Shown: positions 35,401-42,151 of the stretch, piece after piece | How positions within the stretch are numbered: position 1 is the stretch's first letter | Layout: each line of letters begins with the position of its first letter | NCBI GenBank assembly: GCA_001687465.1 | Contig: LVLI01000142.1 | Location: 1-42,151, forward strand | Origin: Halocafeteria seosinensis | Lineage: Eukaryota | DNA: 42,151 nucleotides | Reading direction: 5' to 3' | Made by a program: the position numbers and the translations under genes | Notes under the pieces: model-generated | What the model was told of the DNA's origin: nothing | Seen by the model: only the letters and a program-made list of their open reading frames with translations | Database searches by the model: none

Positions 35401-38400
35401 TTCATCATCCGAGCGGTTCGCAGTTCCCGCATTTGTTGTGCAATTACCGACAAGACTTCGATATTAATTCGGTTAAATTCATCAAGGCATGCCCACGCGC
35501 CGGCTTGAGCGATACCGGCGAAGAATTTACCAATCATATTATAATCAATTTGCTCAGAGCAGTTGAAGACGATGCACTGTATTCCAAGGTTCTTTGCGAG
35601 GTCTTTGCTACTCTCCGTCTTCCCTGTTCCAGCAGGCCCTTGAGGGTTGGCTCCCAGGAAGAATGACATTGACGATGTTATAGTGATCCAGCAGCGGTCT
35701 GTTAGTGGAGTGATTACCAACCGGTCGGTGGCACCCTCGAATTCGAAACCGTACGAAATCGTAGAATTGCCTTGCCGCGCAACGCAGGATATAGAGCCTG
35801 AGGTATCGTAGTCCTGGAAATAAAATCGAAGCTGTTGCTTCCAGGCAAATTCCTCGGTGGACGCGACATTACGCTCTAGAAGACTCTCGAGGACATCACG
35901 ATGATGGACGTCAGTGATTAGCTGATTCATCAATGTCTGCCGTTGGATCCGTGTTAGCGTGAGATGCATGGTTTCGGTCAGCTCAGATAAGTTTTCCAGC
36001 TGCCTCCGATAGCACCGTTGCAGTGGAGAAAGCGCTTCTACATCATCCGCTACGGTAGAGCGAGCGTCAGTCGTACTGGCACCCTGAGACAACTGTCTGT
36101 TGGCACTGAGATTGTACCGACTACCAGTATCTGTCCCATTGAGCTGCTGACGGGAACCAACACTTGTATGCTCCGTGGGCTGCTCGGCAAGGGCATTCTC
36201 TACCATCTGCGTGAAACCGATTTGGCCACACGTTGTGATGATTTGCGAGGGATACTGTGTGTCAATAATCCAATCCACTCGCTTAGAAAATCCCTCCTTA
36301 TCGTTAACAAGTCGCTGAAGACTACTCTCCAAAGAGTTTATCATACGCTCCTCCACTTGCGACATCCAGTCCTCTACAGCCATGTTTGACCGGGCTTTTA
36401 GATTCTTGCCAAGAGATACCCTCTCATTTTCTTGCGAAATCATCTCCAGAATATCAATCGAAGAACCCTCGGGAGTAGTTTCCATCGTTAACCGACTGAT
36501 GCCATCGAACAATTTGTTTAGATGCGGTTGGATTGCATTTGGATCGCCAGCAGCATGCGACAGTACCAGTAACAGATCGCTGTCAGAAAGAAAATAGAAT
36601 CGAGGGAACTTCTTTCTCTTGTAGTCCATGTATGCATCCAACCCTTTCTGGACGTAGTCAAGCGTATTGTTATGCTTTCGCAGCAGTTCTCGCAATCCAG
36701 GCCGTGAGCCAACACGAAGAGCTAACGGGTCTTCCCGAGTACGCTTGCAAATATCGCGAAGGGAGACATTTACAGTCTGAAATGCTTTTGCTTCGTTCGG
36801 TAATTGACGCTCAATATCGCTGCCACTTAGTGCAAATATAGGAAAGAGTGACATCCAGGCTTGTTGGCATTGAACCCACTCATCTAGAACGTCCTGCAAA
36901 TTGGAAAGCTTTGACGCAAAACTTTCGACGGACTGTCTGAGAGGCTCAACGTATCTGTTCGACAATATCGTATGAATGGTAACAAAACTTTCATCCAAAA
37001 GTTCCTGCACCCCATCGACATCTGACAAAATAGACATATCGCGCGCATGCTTGAAGCTGACCATCTTTAATTCAAACTCATTCCATCTTTCCTTGACGGA
37101 GTTTAGCATATCAAGAAGTACAGCCTCCTGCAGTGCTTCATGAGCAACTCTCGATACTGTACCGCTTATACTGAGCAAATCCACATCGACAGCATCCTGA
37201 AGTGTCATGTTCTTTCTCTCCGATTGCACATCAAATCCAGCGGCTTCATTAATGAGACTCCAGTGACGGTCTTTTAGGTATTCGCATCGCAAGTCTGCCA
37301 AAAGGGGTACCACAGTTTTGGATTTGTTAACTGTCATCCTTAATGATTTAGCTACGTTGACCTCTGGCAACCCATCGCGGTCTCGTTCAAGCCGCGTGGC
37401 TTCCTTCGAAAACTGTGAGAACTTATCCTTCATATCATCGATGTCAACAGAGTCCAAATCCGAAGCAAGCACTTTGTCCCAGAACGCGTACCATTCTTTG
37501 TTAGTTTTCCACAAGTGAAGTTTGGCTTTCATGTCCTCGTACAATTCCCAGAGGCTGTCGAAAGCGGACACAGGGATTCCCAGAGTCTGTTGGTATGTCT
37601 GGATACGCTTGGCCTCATCCACTTGACCTCCGACTTCATCGACAACCTCTTGTAGCATGTCCGTGACCTTCTCTGGATCAGCATTCTCATCGAACACAGA
37701 AGGCTCTTCACTCACATTTCTAGACTTCACAATCCGTGATTTCAATGCCGGGATTCGGCGATCCAACACTTTCGCAAATTTCTTCGTTTGCGCGTCTTGT
37801 GACGACTCTACATCGCGCATAAGCTCACCCAATTGGGCGCCACTCCTGTACATCATCATTATTTTGCTCTTTTGCTCATCGGACAACAATTGTTGTCTGC
37901 TAGGTGCGTTACGTTTTACGTGAGCCGGATAGTCTTCTAGAAGCTGCACCATCTCCCTGACGTACTCCTCTGCAAGGTTCCACTCAGTCGTATTCTCCTG
38001 TGCATCTCCCAGTGCTTCCACAATTTCTACGTATTCTTCCAGCGTTTCCGGTGTGGAGCGAAACTTCCGAAGGTACCAACTATAAGAATCGAGATTTTTC
38101 TGGGTCCATTCCATTATGAGACGAGGGGCAATATGAAACAGTGTGTCAATGCATTTCAGTGGACAGTCATTGATTCGATCTCGAAAATAAGAAGACACAA
38201 TCCTGAAAACTCCAACGTTGAGAGAATCAGGAAGGCACTGAAACGCACGATGTTCGTTTTCATAGATCTCAACCATGCGTCTCAACCTCTCCGGGGCCAC
38301 ATCCTGCAGCAAATCGCGACTTAGATGTTGTGTTATCCTTTGCTCAGACATGACAATTTTCCTGATTGGCTGGAAGCACTTTGATATCTCCTCTACGGCT

Positions 38401-40563
38401 TCGAAACACGAACCAACGTATCCCAGGATACAATCGACCGTTGACTGAAATGCTGAAGTTTCCAACAGTAGCCTCTCCACATCGAGACGGGACTCGTTGC
38501 TAATAACACTATCCTCGTCAGTTTCCAAAAGAACAGTGGAAAGAAAAGGATTGAACACTTCTGAGTACAACAACCGGATCGATGACGATGACAATACCGA
38601 AATAGACGTGTACAGTGTGTTTTCAATAGTCTGTTTAAACGCTTCGCAGCGAGGATTGAATACAATGCCTTCGATATTGTATTTCTGCATTTGCGTACCA
38701 TTCGTACGTCTCCCTCCCGGTGTGAACTCTTGAGCCACTGCTGAGACATAGTCGAAGTCGTATCCACAGTTTTCCACGGCGCGAACATGCCTCTGCGCTT
38801 CGTCGTCAATCAAATTAATGGTGTTATCCGGCTCGGTATCTTCCGTTGTTCCACTGGATGCGTAAGAAGGTGCGGATTCCGGACGAGAGACTTGTTCCTC
38901 GTCCACTTCAGACAGTTCCGCATCGACCTGGACTTCGAACAAGGGTACATGACTTTCATCCACATGACCCTCACCGATACGCCTGACGATTGACGGGTCC
39001 AGAGCTTCTTTCAGTTTCTTGACAGAATTTATCCCTATCTGGGATAAGCCATCGATTATGATGCAGTCGCACAATCTAACAAAGCGTACAAGGTTCCTGC
39101 ATTTTCGACGCATTGCCGCCCGTTCAGCGTAACTCATGCTGTACTCTTCCGCCTGTTCTTCATTGGCGGGAATGTGTTCATTTTGCTTGATAAATCCACA
39201 AGTAATCAAGAATTGTCGTAAATCCTCGTCACAAGCCCTGCGTATTTGGAATTTTACCTCTTCAATGATCTGATTCAAAGTTTCTGATAGATTCTGCCGA
39301 GCCATTTGCTGCAGCTGAACGAAGCCGTGAAGGGAGTATGTTTGAGTGTGGTCGACTTCAAAGAGGGTTTGTGTAAGAACCTTATCCAAAATAGTGCGTC
39401 GTAACTCCAACAAACTGTTTCGCGTCGGTCCTCTCAGCAAGAATAGCGATTCTTTTAGCGCATTCTGCGCATTAGAGAATTTTTGTCGCTTAATATGATA
39501 CTTCCAAGCGTACATGACTCTCCAGCGGGCAAATTTTTGTACGAACGACAGCTGCAAATATTGCAAGTGAAAAGTTCCAAAAGTATTGGTAACAGTCGTC
39601 GTTTAATGCTCCTACACTTACCTTCATGAGCCCGTGATACTGACGGTATGCTCTTTCATACTGATGAAGCGGTAAAAACTCATCTTCCATCTCTTCCGAC
39701 TCTTCATATGGATACTCTTGAAACACCAATCCCTCTGAAGACAGAGTAACAGAACTGCTACCCCCGAGTTCCGATCTGTCGGCTACACGGAGGCGGTACG
39801 GACAGCCGTTCTCACTGGTCAAATATATGAAACCACCCGACATGATCTGTTGAGACTCGAAGTTTGGATCCTTGACAAGCTCCCGCAAGAAGGTGTAGCT
39901 GGTAGCCTGTTCCCCAAATGCTCGCTTTACCGCTGCAAGCGCCGAGCCCTCTTTCCTTGTTCTTCTCTGTCGGATAGATATTTGGGAAGACCGCCGCGGG
40001 TGCTGTTTTGGCCGCTGCGGAGCTACCGTCGTTGATTGAGAAATCCTGTGAGACGCTGTGGTAGAAGGATTATTGCGTGGACTTTTCTGCCGAGTGAGAA
40101 CTTCCCAGCTAGGCATAGTCACCATTCCCATGGAGGAATCCCGGGGGGACAGTGGCTTTCCGGTGCTTTTGGATCGCATTCGGACGGGTGGAACGTAAAG
40201 TCCCGCAGCATAATAGCCGTCTTGGGTGGATGACGGAGGACCTGCTGCATCGAGATTCTCTTCCCGTGGCGATTTGGAATCGTCCGTTGCTCGAGATCGT
40301 CCCGTCGTACCAGCTTCTTCCCCTTCCCCACGGCCGGTGGTATCCTGCAGACTGCGTGTCGTGCCGGCACCATTAGAACGTTGCGTAAACAGCAGCCGGC
40401 CTTCCAGAGCTTCCTTCCGCTGACGATGCGTATTTACCTCTTCGGGGTCCCATTCCTCCATCCGTGGGGAAGAGGGAAGCCTTAATTTAGGGACTTTGGC
40501 TTTGCCGGATACATTGTCCCGGGCGTAATTTCCCCGTCGCGTTGGAGATTCCTTGGCATCCAT
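26454..40563 (-). CDS. Axonemal inner-arm dynein heavy chain, DNAH6-like, 2 exons, ~4679 aa
   Basis: Exon 1 40563-39622, intron 39621-39552 (GTAAGT...TGCAG), exon 2 39551-26454. Motifs FPRFYFLS, GPAGTGKTES, CLDEFNRI, MNPGYAGRTELPENL, GPAGCGKS, GVGGCGKQS, a coiled-coil stalk, WVCLQNCH and YVCPLYRT. The subtype assignment is tentative. Confidence 0.95.
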
Positions 40564-41073
40564 CGTTGTCCCTTGTAACCCGGATAATTGAAAGAGAAGG
40601 GGGGCGTCTATATCCTTCTCAACCGAAGTTTTTGGGGGAAGCTGTGAAAAAGGTTAACGTCCACCTCCCACAGACAGATACACAGGGGCTATTTTACTCG
40701 TATCACTATAGCACACTACCCAATTTTTTCAGTGATCCATCCATATCATTTATCCGAGCGGGGAAATGCACTCAACACTAGAATTGCAAGCATATTTGAT
40801 GCAAATCAGCGAGGATCCCGTCAGCGTGCGACCTGTGCCGGTCGCAAGTTGCAAGTAGCATCTGCCACTGTCGACAGAGTGCGGGGTACGATTCCTCAGA
40901 AAGTTCTCCTATATTAAGGAGGCATGCAAAGTGAATCAAAGGGTGTGCATCTTGTACTGAGTGCATTCTACCAGATGGGCACTAATATCCACCATCATCA
41001 GCTCTGAGTTCTATTGTGGCACCATCATAAACTTTTGGTACACCTACCTTTGGTATGCATATGGCATGGGTAC

Positions 41074-41559
41074 CTACAATGCGCTACGTAGTGGAGCGAT
41101 TTGGTGAGCCTTCTTCATGCGTTTGTATTTCGGGTCGTTTCTGGCTTGCAAATAGTACTCATAAAAGATGCGAGCAGACTCTGCTTTCTCTGATTCCATG
41201 GCTCCCTCGGCTTGTGGTCTTATGTTACCCTTCCTGTCGTATTTCTTGCCCGTAGGATGGTTAGCATATCGGCGTGCTCTAGTATACCCCATCTGAAGGA
41301 ACTTGCGTGCCATATCCATGCCGACAAAATCACTCTCCTCTCGGTATTCAATGAACTTGTGGTGGATTGCTGACCCTGATTCGCGAGCATCCTCCGGGGT
41401 CTTGAAGCGCCACAAGGGCAGCAGTTCTGATTTATATGGTTCAGCAATCAGCACGCCTTGCTCTCCCTTCCCAATGCGGTATTTCTCTGGGTGTTTTCTA
41501 AAATCAATACCCCGATATTGGTTTGCGTAACTGGTACTACTCCCGGTTCTCGATCTCAT
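41074..41559 (-). CDS. DUF4385-family protein (161 aa, uninterrupted)
   Basis: Motifs YRIGKGEQGVLIAEPYKSELLPLWRFKTP and DFVGMDMARKFLQMGYTRARRYANH, recognised as this family. Confidence 0.85.
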   Translation of the reverse strand: MRSRTGSSTSYANQYRGIDFRKHPEKYRIGKGEQGVLIAEPYKSELLPLWRFKTPEDARESGSAIHHKFIEYREESDFVGMDMARKFLQMGYTRARRYANHPTGKKYDRKGNIRPQAEGAMESEKAESARIFYEYYLQARNDPKYKRMKKAHQIAPLRSAL

Positions 41560-42151
41560 AGCCGTTTCGCTGGAGTTCCATGGAGCGAAGCGCTACTGCT
41601 GAAGAGGTCCGGAAAAAAACGTTCCAACGGACTACAGCACGTACGAAGCTTTGGAATCAGACGCACAAAAACCGCTAACGTGGCCGTTGATCACTTTACA
41701 TTCGTTAGCGCGTCTTATGTTCCAGTATCGGTCGGCAAGAAGTACATTGGCTTAAATGAGTGCACGAAAATCTACAGTTCTACCAACTGGTAATTTTCTC
41801 GTGTGTCGCCGTCCCGGCAGCAGTGTTTGCTCGCCCAAACAAAACACTTACCGCTTGCTCCATTTGAGAGCAATGCGCTTTGTGACTCGCACTAGCAATG
41901 CGTACGGTAAATTTGTTACGGTGAACACACAGGAAGATGCATATGGTAAACCCGTTAGGGTAGTGGTTAGGGTTCACACTAGGGTTAAACGAAACACTAC
42001 GGTTTTACCTACACGAAGTACTCGCCATTGTTCGCATAGCNCGCACACTTTCCCCATAATTGTTGCAGAGATAAATGGGTAGAGGAGCCTGTATCAGGAG
42101 GTAGAACCTAAATTGAGACTCACTGAAGGCCGGAAGCTACACTGGCCTCAA

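Noticed and set aside
26622..38993. Numerous small ORFs overlapping the dynein gene
   Set aside because: Antisense or alternative-frame by-products of a long coding exon.

Overview
The window is a composite. Bases 1 to about 6480 are strongly AT-rich, gene-dense, intronless protist mitochondrial DNA that reads TGA as Trp, so the supplied ORF track fragments or misses its genes. It holds nad5 (5' part), a candidate circularly permuted 5S rRNA, rps13, rpl2, rps19, a giant 981-aa rps3, rpl16, tRNA-Ile(CAU) and a truncated nad9-like start. At about 6480 it switches abruptly to mid-GC nuclear DNA of a flagellated protist, plausibly a stramenopile, with short GT-AG introns (mostly 63-78 nt). The nuclear part encodes a phytol/dolichol-kinase-like membrane protein, a MAP kinase, a secreted discoidin-like Ser/Thr-rich protein, a mitochondrial folate/FAD carrier, S-adenosylhomocysteine hydrolase (SAHH), a Nup42/CG1-like nucleoporin, a Rab32/38-like GTPase, a TMTC-type O-mannosyltransferase, a DNAH6-like dynein heavy chain and a DUF4385 protein. 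The best leads are (1) a long, nested-stem intron in SAHH that hides a possible poison exon, a candidate metabolite-responsive splicing switch; (2) the permuted mitochondrial 5S rRNA candidate; (3) the giant rps3; and (4) the mito-nuclear junction (recent NUMT or chimeric assembly). All calls come from manual translation and pairing; no searches or folding programs were run.
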